The notes below the pieces were generated by a model. It saw nothing but the letters and a program-made list of their open reading frames with translations, made no database searches and was not told the origin of the DNA. The position numbers and the translations under genes were made by a program. This document shows, in pieces, positions 30,125 to 41,600 of a stretch of DNA of 64,000 nucleotides (positions are counted from its first letter, which is position 1; each line of letters starts with the position of its first letter). The stretch lies in sequence record DRR378314_434, one strand, 5' to 3'.

Positions 30125-31872
30125 TAGGCGCTCCCGCTAAACTGCAGGTTATGCAGCTGAAAATATGCGCCTTCCTGATCAAGCAATTGCTGGTGTGTAC
30201 CGCGCTCAATAATCTCACCGTTGTCCATAACCAAAATTTCATCGGCATTTTCAATAGTTGATAAACGGTGCGCAATAACAATAGCTGTCCTGTTTTTTCT
30301 CAGGGTTCCTAACGCATCCTGAATATGGCGTTCGGACTCGGTATCCAGAGCCGATGTTGCTTCATCCAGTATCAGAATAGGCGCGTCTTGTAGTAGCGCA
30401 CGGGCTATAGCAATACGCTGACGTTGACCACCGGACAGCATCACCCCGTTCTCGCCCACCATAGTATCCAGGCCTTTTGGCATGCTGTCGGTGAACTCAG
30501 TAACGTAAGCTTGCTCAGCGGCTTTAGTGATGTCTTCACGCGAGACATCTTTCGAGGCACCATAAGCAATATTGTTTGCTATGGTGTCGTTAAACAGGGT
30601 TACGTGCTGAGATACCAGCGCAAACTGACGCCTTAAGCATTTCAACTTATAGTCGTTAATATTATGGCCATCAAGCAAAATGCGTCCCTGCTCGACATCG
30701 TAGAAGCGCGTGAGCAAATTCGATATTGTTGACTTACCACTGCCTGAACGACCTACCAGCGCAATGGTTTTGCCCTGATCAACTTTAAAGTTAATGTGCT
30801 GAAGCGCGGGTTCATCACCTTTTTGGTAAGAAAAGGTCACGTCATCAAAAACAATATCGCCCGCTGCCCGGTCAACCACCCGCGAGCCTTTATCAACTTC
30901 AATCGGTTCGTCAAGAATCGCAAACACACTGGTCGCCGCCGCAATACCGCGCTGGAAATCACTGTTTACGTTAGTAAGCTGCTTCAAAGGACGCAGCAGC
31001 ATGATCATAGCGGTAAGTAACGTAGTAAAGGCACCAGCAGACAATTCTCCCAGCATTTCGGGAAAACTGGCAATAACTAAGACCATAGAAAGACTTAAGG
31101 ACGCTATAAACTGAATAACCGAAGTGCTAATAGCGCGGGTATTCACCAGCTTCATATTCTGGTTACGAGTAATATTGTTTATGTTCGAAAAGCGGGCAGA
31201 CTCACCTTTCTGCCCCTGATGCATAATCACAACCTTATGGCCGTTGATCATCTGCTCTGCGGTTGTGGTTACGTTACCCATAGCTGTCTGAATACGGCTA
31301 CTTACTTTACGAAAGCGGCGAGAAACGACCCCAACAACTTTTGCAACCAGAGGGCCTATCACTAAAAATACTAATGACAATTGCCAGCTTTGGTAAAACA
31401 TTAGACCTAATAATCCGGCGACGAAGGCTCCTTCTTTTACCAAAACCAGAACGGCCCGACTACTCGCTTCTGCCACCTGCTGAGTGTCATAAGTTATTTT
31501 TGAAATCAAGTCGCCAGTTGAGTGCTGATCATGGAAACCGACCGGTAGTTTCATCATATGGTCAAACAATTGCTGCCGCATTTTAGTAACAACTTTAAAG
31601 CCAACCCAATGCAGGAAATAGCTGGAGGCAACATTCAAAGAACCGCGAAGGATGAAAATAAAAGGAACAAAAAGCGCACCATAAAGCAGTATATTAGAGT
31701 CCTGCTCTGTTAACCCGTCATCTATTAAGGTTTCAATTTGGGATAAAAACAATGTATCAATGGCAGAGTAACCAATCATACATAAGACCGCAGCAATAAA
31801 AGCTGCCTTATAAGGTTTGATATAACCTAATAAGCGTTTAAAGGTCGTCTTTTTTTTAAGCTGAGAATCCAT
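30124..31872 (-). CDS. msbA: Lipid A flippase ABC transporter
   Basis: TM domain plus GRSGSGKS, LSGGQRQR, LDEATSALD; adjacent to lpxK. Confidence 0.96.
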   Translation of the reverse strand: MDSQLKKKTTFKRLLGYIKPYKAAFIAAVLCMIGYSAIDTLFLSQIETLIDDGLTEQDSNILLYGALFVPFIFILRGSLNVASSYFLHWVGFKVVTKMRQQLFDHMMKLPVGFHDQHSTGDLISKITYDTQQVAEASSRAVLVLVKEGAFVAGLLGLMFYQSWQLSLVFLVIGPLVAKVVGVVSRRFRKVSSRIQTAMGNVTTTAEQMINGHKVVIMHQGQKGESARFSNINNITRNQNMKLVNTRAISTSVIQFIASLSLSMVLVIASFPEMLGELSAGAFTTLLTAMIMLLRPLKQLTNVNSDFQRGIAAATSVFAILDEPIEVDKGSRVVDRAAGDIVFDDVTFSYQKGDEPALQHINFKVDQGKTIALVGRSGSGKSTISNLLTRFYDVEQGRILLDGHNINDYKLKCLRRQFALVSQHVTLFNDTIANNIAYGASKDVSREDITKAAEQAYVTEFTDSMPKGLDTMVGENGVMLSGGQRQRIAIARALLQDAPILILDEATSALDTESERHIQDALGTLRKNRTAIVIAHRLSTIENADEILVMDNGEIIERGTHQQLLDQEGAYFQLHNLQFSGSA

Positions 31873-31907
31873 GTAATCTCATATTAGTCATTAACACTTC
31901 TGATATT

Positions 31908-34205
31908 CTACCTGTTTTCAAAGGGTAACTCCAAACTCCATGTGTTGCCGTCACTAACTATGGTCAGTTGTCCGCTGTCTCTGGTTCCAAACCAAGGCTT
32001 TTGAGTACGGGAAAGTCTTTCCAGTGTATAGCGATGGGGAAAGTCATATCCTTTATGTTTACCGTAACTGATAAGATAGATGTCCGCATCGACCGCCTGT
32101 AACAAAGGCCAGCTAGTGGATGTTTTACTGCCATGGTGTGGAATCAACAGAACATCGGAGTTAGCTTCAGGCAGCTTATGTAAAGACTTCAACAATAATT
32201 GCTCCGCCATCATTTCAATGTCTCCGGGCAGAAAAACACTGAAGTCTTTATAACTGACGCGTAATACACATGAACGATTATTTTTACTTAACCGATTTGC
32301 ATCCTGATAAGCAGGCGTTGGCCACAGAACCTCCCATTGTATGCTGTTCCATTCACCTGTATCACCGGCGCGACAGGGTTTATCACTGGCATCTCCGCGC
32401 CACTCTAGCTGAGGATACCTTTGTCTAAGAAAATCTCTGCCGCCGTTATGATCTCTATCGCCATGGCTGATAAAAGCCAGCTCAGGCCGCAAACCATGAT
32501 AATTAAGAAAAGGTTCAATAACCGCTTCTGCAACACTAAAACCCGAACTAAACTCAATACCGGTATCAATGAGCATGGCTTTGCCGTCCTTCTCTATTAC
32601 TACAGCCTGGCTTTGTCCCACATCCAGAACATGAAGACGCAACTTTCCGTCCCGTTGATTAAAAAAGGAAAAAGCCACAACAGGCAAGCACAATAATAGA
32701 CCTAACCTTTGCCAACCACGACTTACCGGCAACAGCATGGCCGCAGTAAGTGCGAACAAAACAGCAAACCGTGCTGCGCGGGTTATCGGCCATTGATTCA
32801 GTTCCAACCAATTAGCCGGGTGCCCAGCTATAGCTTCCAATAGTGGGGTCAAACAGGTAACCGGTAGTTCAGACAACTGCCAGAACGACACAGCAATATC
32901 AGAATCAAACAACGCAAAAACAGTTCCTGTTAATGCCAGCGGCAATAACCAAAAGCTGATAACAGGCAACACCAACAAATTGACTACGGGAGCAAAAAGC
33001 GAAAAGCCGCCAAATAATAAAAATGATAAAGGAGACATCACCACCAACAGCTGCCATTGAATTGACCAAAGGCTTTTTACCGCGGAGAAACGGCCACGAC
33101 TTTTGCTCCAGCGCCAACTGGCAAGAAAAAGAGCGGCAACGGCAGTAATAGATAACCAAAAACCGGGATCCTGCCAGGCAAAAACATCAACCACTAGTAC
33201 CGCAGCCACCACTCGCAACAATAAGCTTAGCGGATTTAACTTGAGCTTTAACACAATATGCAGAAGAACCACCAGAAACATGGTTAAAGCTCTTACAGTC
33301 GATATTGAAAAACCTGACATGCCTGCATAGGCGCTTACCACAATTGCCGCGAAGATCAGCGACCACAGCCGAATGTCTAGTCGCTCTCTATTTTTTAAGC
33401 TGATAGGAAAACAGTAAAAACAAAAACGAAAGAATAAAATAGCTGAGCCTGCGACCATCCCCAGATGCAAGCCGGATATGGCCAGACTATGAGCTAACCC
33501 CGTTTTTTGCCAAGTTTCACGAGTGGCAGAAGTTAACAGACTGCGTTCGCCAATAGTTAATGCAGCCAATATACCCGGTTCAGATAAATCAGCTTGTTCT
33601 ATGTTATCGAAAACTCTCTGCCGAAAACTGATTACACGAGTCAGTTTTTCGCCATCTTTGACCGTTCCTAGGGCATAAATATTATTGCGCAATAAGTATT
33701 TCCGGTATCGAAAACTCCCTTGGTTTCGGTAGCCCGTTGCCTGTTTCAGCTTCACTTCCAGTTGCCAACGTTCACCAGCTTTCGGCACCTGTTTATGGTG
33801 GCTGTTATACCAGCTCAGTTGAACCCGGGGTTGCTGCCAGAATGGCAAAACTTTACCAGCCAGAACTTCTACTCTGCCCGTCATACGCAAATGAAAAGGA
33901 TAACGACGCGACATTTCATCCACGACAAGCGTCAATTGAATTTCATTACCCATCAATTCGTCTGGTATCGCGCGTAAATTTTGCCAATAAAGGTTGGCAT
34001 TACCCCATAAAATGCCGCAAAATAACACCATCAGTCGTAGTACGATGGTTCGCTGTTTTACTTCCCTCTGTCTAAAATAAAAAAAGGCATTAACTGTCGC
34101 CAAAAGTAGTAGTGCGATAGTTGAAAAAATTAGCCAAAATTTGATGTCAGAGTGTAACGAGGCGGACAATATTCCGCCAACAAAGACCAGTAACCAACGA
34201 TCCAT
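31908..34205 (-). CDS. comEC: DNA uptake channel ComEC/Rec2
   Basis: HSLAISGLH, DVGQS, SHGDRDHNGG, HHGSKTS. Confidence 0.93.
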   Translation of the reverse strand: MDRWLLVFVGGILSASLHSDIKFWLIFSTIALLLLATVNAFFYFRQREVKQRTIVLRLMVLFCGILWGNANLYWQNLRAIPDELMGNEIQLTLVVDEMSRRYPFHLRMTGRVEVLAGKVLPFWQQPRVQLSWYNSHHKQVPKAGERWQLEVKLKQATGYRNQGSFRYRKYLLRNNIYALGTVKDGEKLTRVISFRQRVFDNIEQADLSEPGILAALTIGERSLLTSATRETWQKTGLAHSLAISGLHLGMVAGSAILFFRFCFYCFPISLKNRERLDIRLWSLIFAAIVVSAYAGMSGFSISTVRALTMFLVVLLHIVLKLKLNPLSLLLRVVAAVLVVDVFAWQDPGFWLSITAVAALFLASWRWSKSRGRFSAVKSLWSIQWQLLVVMSPLSFLLFGGFSLFAPVVNLLVLPVISFWLLPLALTGTVFALFDSDIAVSFWQLSELPVTCLTPLLEAIAGHPANWLELNQWPITRAARFAVLFALTAAMLLPVSRGWQRLGLLLCLPVVAFSFFNQRDGKLRLHVLDVGQSQAVVIEKDGKAMLIDTGIEFSSGFSVAEAVIEPFLNYHGLRPELAFISHGDRDHNGGRDFLRQRYPQLEWRGDASDKPCRAGDTGEWNSIQWEVLWPTPAYQDANRLSKNNRSCVLRVSYKDFSVFLPGDIEMMAEQLLLKSLHKLPEANSDVLLIPHHGSKTSTSWPLLQAVDADIYLISYGKHKGYDFPHRYTLERLSRTQKPWFGTRDSGQLTIVSDGNTWSLELPFENR

Positions 34206-34255
34206 CGTTGCTCCTTCCCTGGGGCAGTAACCGGATAGGTAATAAACGTCACATT

Positions 34256-34771
34256 ATGGCCAGACGCTTCATTAAACGCTTAATGCCTGATCATCAAAAA
34301 GTGCGCGAATCCAAAGCGATTCGTTTGTTCGGCAGCCTTCTGCACGATGCAAACTTGTGGCATTTAAATCGACGTTCAGCTTCAGGCGCCTTTGCAGTCG
34401 GCTTATTCTGCGCTTTTATACCAGTACCCTTTCAAATGTTATTGGCGGCAGCGGCGGCAATTCCTTTTCGCGTTAACTTGCCACTTTCGGTCGGGCTTGT
34501 CTGGGTCTCAAACCCTATTACTATGCCGCCAATGTTCTATCTGTGCTATTTAGTCGGTAATGCCCTGCTCGCAGAGCCACCACAACCCTTTGCTTTTGAA
34601 CTTAGCTGGGAATGGCTAATGCACAGCATTTCGACCATCGGTCCGGCATTACTGCTTGGGTGTTTGATCCTTGGCACGTTATCCAGCTTTATCGGTTACA
34701 TCGGTATTCGCTTGCTTTGGCGCCAGTCGGTGGTCAAAGCCTGGCGCCGTCGCAACCCTGAAGGCAATTAA
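34256..34771 (+). CDS. DUF2062-family membrane protein
   Basis: LWHLNRRSASGAFAVGLF, WVSNPIT; typical position between comEC and lolE. Confidence 0.85.
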   Translation: MARRFIKRLMPDHQKVRESKAIRLFGSLLHDANLWHLNRRSASGAFAVGLFCAFIPVPFQMLLAAAAAIPFRVNLPLSVGLVWVSNPITMPPMFYLCYLVGNALLAEPPQPFAFELSWEWLMHSISTIGPALLLGCLILGTLSSFIGYIGIRLLWRQSVVKAWRRRNPEGN

Positions 34772-36003
34772 GTACTTTCGTGCAGGGCCTTGGCGGGTTC
34801 AACTTTGACCGCCCTCCAGGCTGGATAAATAGTGGCCAGCAAACTCATTACCAGTGCCACGCTGGCGACTAAAATAACGTCGCCCCAAACCCATTCAGAG
34901 GGCACCTCACCAACAAAGTAGATATCGTTGGAAAGCACCTCAAAGTGGAACCAGGATTCAAGCGTTAGCATAATATCCGGTAGAAACTGCGCCAGAAGTA
35001 TCCCGCAGAAGCAACCGATAGCCACTCCATATAGTCCATTCATTAACCCCTGAAACACAAAGGACTGCAGTAAGGAACTATCTTTCATACCTAAGGTTTT
35101 CAACATGGCAATTTGGCTGCGCTTTTTCGCTACCGTCATAATGAGTGTTGAAACAATATTAAAACAGGCTACAGCCATAACCAGAATCAAAACCAGATAC
35201 ACTACCCAGCGCACCAACTCAATATCACGATATAAATGGCCGTGACTTCGGGTCCAGTCATCCAGATAGACCAATTCTGGCAACTGGTTACCTATTTCCC
35301 GGGCAACCGCAGGAGCCGAAAAAACATCCTTTAACCGCAAGCGTACGGAGCTGACATCACTAGCAAAACTCAACTCATTCTTAGCCGTTTCCAGAGAGAC
35401 GTAGGCATTTTGATAGTCAATTTGTCCGCCAAATTTAAACAACCCGGTGACTTCCAGTCGCACCCGCTCTGGCGAACGAAACCCTCGCTCAGATTTTTCC
35501 GGGGTTAGTAAGGAAACAGAGTCGCCAACAGCTAAGTCAAGCTTCTCGGCCAAACCTGCCCCTAGCAATAAACCGCCTTTTTGCTGCCACCTTTGCCAGT
35601 CTTCGTTACTTACATAGTTGGATATATCCGATACTTTTTGTTCCTGCTCTGCGGATATTCCCCGAACCTGTATGCCATGAAAAGTTGACTGGGTTTGCAC
35701 CATAACGGTGGAATTAATTCCCGGAGCCGCCGCTATAACTTGCGGGTGCTCCCGCGCGATTTTTGCTATTTTTTGCCAGTCATCCAGCGCGCCTTCTACT
35801 GCACTGTACTCAACCTGCGGAACAACCGCCAGTAACCGCTCCTGCAGCACCTGATTAAAACCGTTCATCATCGACAAGGCCGCAATTAAAACCGCGCAAC
35901 CAAGCGCTATACCAATAGTGGATGAAGCCGATATAAATGACAAAAAGCCCTGTTTCGCAGTACCTTTACGAAAGCGTCGGGCAATTAACCAGGCAAGCTG
36001 CAT
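34768..36003 (-). CDS. lolE: Lipoprotein-releasing permease LolE
   Basis: SMMNGF, VACFNIVSTL, YPAWRA; lolCDE order. Confidence 0.92.
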   Translation of the reverse strand: MQLAWLIARRFRKGTAKQGFLSFISASSTIGIALGCAVLIAALSMMNGFNQVLQERLLAVVPQVEYSAVEGALDDWQKIAKIAREHPQVIAAAPGINSTVMVQTQSTFHGIQVRGISAEQEQKVSDISNYVSNEDWQRWQQKGGLLLGAGLAEKLDLAVGDSVSLLTPEKSERGFRSPERVRLEVTGLFKFGGQIDYQNAYVSLETAKNELSFASDVSSVRLRLKDVFSAPAVAREIGNQLPELVYLDDWTRSHGHLYRDIELVRWVVYLVLILVMAVACFNIVSTLIMTVAKKRSQIAMLKTLGMKDSSLLQSFVFQGLMNGLYGVAIGCFCGILLAQFLPDIMLTLESWFHFEVLSNDIYFVGEVPSEWVWGDVILVASVALVMSLLATIYPAWRAVKVEPAKALHEST

Positions 36004-36689
36004 TAGCCTTGCTCCTTATGCAAAATTCCATTTTTTAAAACTTCTACGCGCTGCAGTTGCTCAGCCAGCTGTAAGTCATGAGTGACCACAATAAAGGCCG
36101 TGCCCATTTCCTGATTTAGCTCCAGCATTAACTGATAAATACTCTCAGCCGCTTTACCATCCAGATTACCGGTTGGCTCATCGGCCAGCACCACCTGTGG
36201 TTTATTCACAAAAGCCCTGGCTATAGCAACCCGTTGACGTTCACCACCGGAAAGCTGTGCCGGACGATGCGATAACCGGTGCTCTAATCCCACACGCACT
36301 AGTAACTGCTTCGCGTTTTTTTTAGCCTCAACAGGGCTCTTACCCGCTATCATTTGCGGCATTGCAACGTTTTCCAACGCTGAAAATTCCGGCAATAAAT
36401 GATGAAACTGATACACAAAGCCAAGGTTCTGGTTACGCCACTGCGCCAACTTGTCGGCTTTCCAGGGCGTCATTTCCTGATCTTTATAAAATAATTGACC
36501 CGATGAGGGTTTATCCAGTCCACCCAACAAATGCAGCAAAGTGCTTTTACCCGAGCCTGACGCTCCGACTACGGCAACCATTTCTCCGGCTTGCAGCGCA
36601 AAATCAATGTCTTTTAAAACGGTAACCTGGTCGCCCCCGTCCTGATAGGATTTACTCAATTCTTTGCAACGCAACAGCGCGTCAGTCAT
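36003..36689 (-). CDS. lolD: Lipoprotein-releasing ATPase LolD
   Basis: GASGSGKST, YQFHHLLPEF, LSGGERQR; start ATG 36689. Confidence 0.95.
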   Translation of the reverse strand: MTDALLRCKELSKSYQDGGDQVTVLKDIDFALQAGEMVAVVGASGSGKSTLLHLLGGLDKPSSGQLFYKDQEMTPWKADKLAQWRNQNLGFVYQFHHLLPEFSALENVAMPQMIAGKSPVEAKKNAKQLLVRVGLEHRLSHRPAQLSGGERQRVAIARAFVNKPQVVLADEPTGNLDGKAAESIYQLMLELNQEMGTAFIVVTHDLQLAEQLQRVEVLKNGILHKEQG

Positions 36690-37911
36690 AGCGTAATGCC
36701 TCCGAGGGTTGAACATGTGCGGCTTGTGATGCGGGATATAGCGTTGCCACCAAAGTTAAGGTAATTGCGGCAACCACGGTAATAATAACCTGAGACACGT
36801 TAATAATAATTGGCAAACCTTCATCTGATCCGGCAAAGATCTGTGCACCGAATAAAGCCAGAATATCATTCAGATACCAGCTCAATATCAGCCCCAGAAT
36901 AACGCCAATTAATGATCCCAGAACGCCGTTATAAAGCCCCTGCAATAAAAATACCGTGCGTATACGCCCGTTAGATAAACCCAACGTTTGTAATATGGCG
37001 ATATCGTGGCGTTTGTCGTTTATCACCATAATAAGAGCCGATAAAGTATTAAACGCAGCAACAGCAATGATTAGCGCCAGCATTAACCACATCATGCGTT
37101 TTTCCATGCCAACTGCTTCAAATAACTGGCCATAATTTTGTCGCCAGTCGCTGGTCGTTAATTGCGTTTTATTGCGCAGACTTTCTGCCACTTGGGGGGC
37201 TTTAAAAGCGTCATCTAAAAACAACTGCAGCCCACTCACTTTTCCTTCAGGTAAGCGAATTAAACGAGCTAAGTCACTACCGTGGGCAAAAACAACCGAT
37301 TCATCCACCTCTGAGCCCATAGAAAAGAACCCGGTAACGACAAAGCGGCGCTGCGACGGCACTAGTCCAAAAGGTGTATAAACACCGCCCTGCGCGGCAA
37401 TAATTCGAATGTTATCGCCAACGGTTATTCCTTGTTTTTGCGCCAGTCGCTGACCTATTATCAAGTGATAACTGCCCGGGGTTAGACTGAGCCAGTCACC
37501 AACCACCATTTTATCTTCGAGTGAAAGAGGTACCTCGCCCGCATCCGGGTAAATGCCCTGTATATTGGCTACCGACATCTTTTCTGAAAACTGCAATATG
37601 CCCTGCGTTTGCACATACGGCATTGACCCTTTAATAGCCTCTAGTTCGGGCAGTTGCTCCTGGGTTTTACGCCAGTTTGTCAGTTCCGTAGTGCTGTCAG
37701 CGTCGGTTAGGGTTACCTGAGGGACTGCGCCCAAAATCCGTTCTTTCAATTGGCCTTCAAAACCGTTCATAACCGACATGACAACCACCAGAGCCATAAC
37801 CCCAAGGGCAATACCGGCAAAGGCAAAGCGGTTGATAAAGGCGGTAAACGCAGACCCCTGCCTTGCCCGACTATAACGCAGGCCAATAAACAGCACGACC
37901 GGCTGAAACAT
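36682..37911 (-). CDS. lolC: Lipoprotein-releasing permease LolC
   Basis: MFQPVVLFIGLRY, SVMNGFE, EALRYD. Confidence 0.92.
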   Translation of the reverse strand: MFQPVVLFIGLRYSRARQGSAFTAFINRFAFAGIALGVMALVVVMSVMNGFEGQLKERILGAVPQVTLTDADSTTELTNWRKTQEQLPELEAIKGSMPYVQTQGILQFSEKMSVANIQGIYPDAGEVPLSLEDKMVVGDWLSLTPGSYHLIIGQRLAQKQGITVGDNIRIIAAQGGVYTPFGLVPSQRRFVVTGFFSMGSEVDESVVFAHGSDLARLIRLPEGKVSGLQLFLDDAFKAPQVAESLRNKTQLTTSDWRQNYGQLFEAVGMEKRMMWLMLALIIAVAAFNTLSALIMVINDKRHDIAILQTLGLSNGRIRTVFLLQGLYNGVLGSLIGVILGLILSWYLNDILALFGAQIFAGSDEGLPIIINVSQVIITVVAAITLTLVATLYPASQAAHVQPSEALRYD

Positions 37912-37996
37912 ATACCCTCAATTATTTGATGGTTGCTAATTCATAACGAGCAAGGATAATGAGTTGTATTGAGCCTGACAACTAAAAGCCGACACA

Positions 37997-38626
37997 ATGA
38001 CGCAATCGCAGACATCAATGACATCACCAATCGGAGATTTCTTCACTGTAAGAGATCGCTTCCCGGTCAATTTAATTGCGCTGGAGTCGGCTGACAGTAT
38101 CCCTGACGAAGACGCGTTTATTGCTGAAATCCCTGAACTGTTCACTATTGCGTCCAGTATGGCTGAAAGTGATCAGCAACAACTGCAAAGCATTAAAGTT
38201 GAACAGTCGTCAGGCAGTGCTCTGGTCGCTTTTCTAGAGCAGCAACATAAGCGTATGAACATATTGTTGGGCTACATGCTCCGCAACGAAGATGACCCGG
38301 CTCACCGCTTTGAAGGCGCTGAATACGGCGGCGGTGGTATTCGCATAATAAATGAGTCTCCACTAACCGAAGGTCAGACATTTCAGGCAAAACTATTTTT
38401 TAAAGAAGAAGCTCTGGCAATTTACTGTTATCTGACAGCTGAAAACTCAGAACCAGAAGACGAGGGTGAGACTTATCGTTGCACTCTCAGCTTTGCTCAA
38501 ATTCGCGAGGAAGATCAGGAGCTATTGATTCGGGCCAGTCTTCATGCCCAGAGTCGCCAGCTTAAAGAACGTTCCAAACAACGCCGCGAAGAAAAACAAA
38601 ACGACAACCTGTCATCCAAATCCTGA
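37997..38626 (+). CDS. PilZ-domain-like protein
   Basis: FFTV, GGGGI and LIRASL motifs; located between lolC and mfd. Confidence 0.65.
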   Translation: MTQSQTSMTSPIGDFFTVRDRFPVNLIALESADSIPDEDAFIAEIPELFTIASSMAESDQQQLQSIKVEQSSGSALVAFLEQQHKRMNILLGYMLRNEDDPAHRFEGAEYGGGGIRIINESPLTEGQTFQAKLFFKEEALAIYCYLTAENSEPEDEGETYRCTLSFAQIREEDQELLIRASLHAQSRQLKERSKQRREEKQNDNLSSKS

Positions 38627-38673
38627 TTGATTTCGGTATAATACCGACGTTTTTCCAAACCAGTTGAGTAGTC

Positions 38674-41600
38674 ATGACTAAGGCATCTGTATTAAGACCC
38701 CCTTTTCCTCCGGCAGCAAACAAAGACCTTACCTGGCAAGAGTTGCATGGTAGCTCACCAGCAATGGCCATAGCGCGGCTAATTGACGCCACGCCCGGCC
38801 GGGTTTTAATTGTCACTGCAGATGCTAACCAGGCACACCGGTTAGAACAGGAAGTAAAATACTTTGCCGGTGAACACACCGAGTACCATGACGACATTAC
38901 GCTTTTTCCCGACTGGGAAACTTTGCCTTACGACAGCTTTTCACCGCATCAGGACATTATTTCTGACCGACTCAGCGTGCTGGCACGCCTTCCTGATGCC
39001 AAGCGCGGCGCACTAATTGTCAGCATTAATACCCTGCTGCACCGAATTGCTCCAACCTCTTTTGTGCAGGGGCAAGCGTTACAAATTGAAAAAGGCCAGC
39101 AACTCGACAGCCTGAAGCTGCGACAACAGCTTGAAAATGCCGGTTATCGTCATGTTAATCAAGTAATGGAGCATGGCGAGTTCAGTGCCCGCGGCTCTAT
39201 CTTAGACTTATACCCTATGGGCAGTCAGACACCTTACCGGCTCGACTTTTTTGACGACGAAGTCGATACCATTCGGCCGTTTGACCCTGAGACTCAGCTA
39301 TCAAAAGATCCAATAGATGGCATTAACTTGCTGCCCGCTCACGAGTTTCCACTGACAAAAACGGCAATTGAACGCTTTCGCGCAAATTATCGTGAGCACT
39401 TTGAGGCGAGCACTGAGCGTGAATCGGTGTATCAACAAGTCAGCAAAGGCCAGTTACCTGGTGGTATAGAGTACTATCTGCCGCTATTTTTTGAAGAAAC
39501 TGCCAGCTTATTTGATTACCTTCCGGACGACACGGTATTGGTTACTTTCGGCAACATTCAGGCTAGCCTGGAACGGCTGTGGCAGGATATTAACCACCGC
39601 TACGATCAGCGTCAGTTTGACCCTTTACGGCCGTTACTGCACCCCAATGAGCTGTTTCTTCCGGTCGATAATATTCACGCCGGTTTCAAACAATATCGTC
39701 GGGTACGGGCCAATGTACCGGCAGAAATGGCCCAACCCGGTCCGACGCCATTTTTGACACAGGCTGTAACGGAAATTGCAGCTGACCATCAGCAAAAACA
39801 GCCGTTTGCCAAATTAAAGACGAAATTGGAACAGGCTTTGGCAGAGGGTGAAAAAGTTCTACTGTCGGCCGAAAGCGCAGGCCGCCGCGAAGCCTTGCGG
39901 GAAATTGTCAGCAAGCTTGGCTTTCAGGTAAGACTTTGCTCGGGGCTGGATGAATGCCCAACCCAACAAATTGGGTTAATCATTAGCCCCATTATTAATT
40001 CATTTTATTTACCAGACGCCAAACTTTGGTTTATTACCGAAACCGAATTGTTTGGTAACCGCGTGGTACAAAGCCGTCGACGTCAGCAAAAAGCCACTGT
40101 CAGCGCCGATACACTGATTCGCAATTTAGCAGAACTGCAAGCCGGTCAGCCGGTTGTTCATCTGGACCACGGTGTTGGTCGTTATCAGGGGCTGACAACC
40201 TTAGATGCCGGAAATGTCACCACCGAATTTGTTACCATTGAGTACGCTGGTGGCGCTAAGCTCTACGTTCCAGTCGCCAACCTTAATGTTTTAAGCCGCT
40301 ACAGTGGCGGTGAAGAAAGCCATGCGCCGTTAAACAAACTGGGGAACGACAGCTGGGACAAGGCCAAAAAACGTGCTGCGGAAAAAGTCCGTGATGTTGC
40401 GGCTGAACTGCTCGATATTTACGCTCGCCGTGAAGCGAAACCCGGCTATGCATTTAACATTAACGAAGAAGATTACCAACGTTTTGCCGCCGGCTTTCCG
40501 TTTGAAGAAACCATTGACCAACAGACTGCAATTGATGCGGTTAAGCAGGACATGCAACAGCCCCGCGCTATGGACAGACTGGTTTGCGGCGACGTGGGCT
40601 TTGGTAAAACTGAAGTGGCCATGCGCGCGGCCTTTATTGCAGTTAATGAAGGTAAACAAGTAATGGTGCTGGTTCCTACCACCCTACTTGCCCAGCAACA
40701 CTACGAAAACTTCAGTGACCGTTTTGCTGATCAGGCCATTCGGGTTGAAGTGCTGTCGCGCTTTAAAACCGCCAAGCAGTCAAAAGGCATTCTTGAAGAC
40801 TTATCCAACGGCAAAGTCGACATTGTTATTGGTACGCACAAGTTACTGCAAGACAATGTTAAGTGTCATGACTTAGGTCTGCTTATTGTCGACGAAGAAC
40901 ACCGCTTTGGTGTAAGACAAAAAGATACAATTAAACGCCTGCGCGCTGACGTAGATATTCTGACGCTAACCGCAACACCGATTCCGCGTACCCTGAATAT
41001 GGCCATGAACAACATTCGTGACCTTTCAATTATAGCCACGCCACCAGCTAAGCGACTGGCAGTAAAAACCTTTGTTCGCGAATACGACGAGCCAACGGTT
41101 CGTGAGGCAATATTGCGTGAGATTCTGCGCGGTGGTCAGGTTTATTTCTTACACAACAATGTCGACACCATTGAAAAAACTGCGGCCGATATTGAAGCTC
41201 TGGTTCCGGAAGCGCGGGTTGTGGTTGCTCACGGACAGATGCGTGAACGTGACCTTGAGCGCATTATGTCGGACTTCTACCATCAGCGGTTTAACGTGCT
41301 GGTCTGTACCACCATTATTGAAACCGGTATCGACATACCCAGCGCCAACACCATTATTATGGATCGCGCCGATCACCTGGGTCTGGCGCAGATGCACCAG
41401 CTGCGAGGCCGGGTTGGACGTTCGCATCATCAGGCTTACGCCTATTTATTAACGCCACACCCCAAACGCATGACCAAAGACGCACACAAGCGCCTCGAAG
41501 CCATTTCTCAGCTTGAAGACCTGGGTGCCGGCTTTATGCTTGCAACTCACGACCTGGAAATTCGTGGTGCAGGCGAGCTGCTGGGCGATGACCAGAGTGG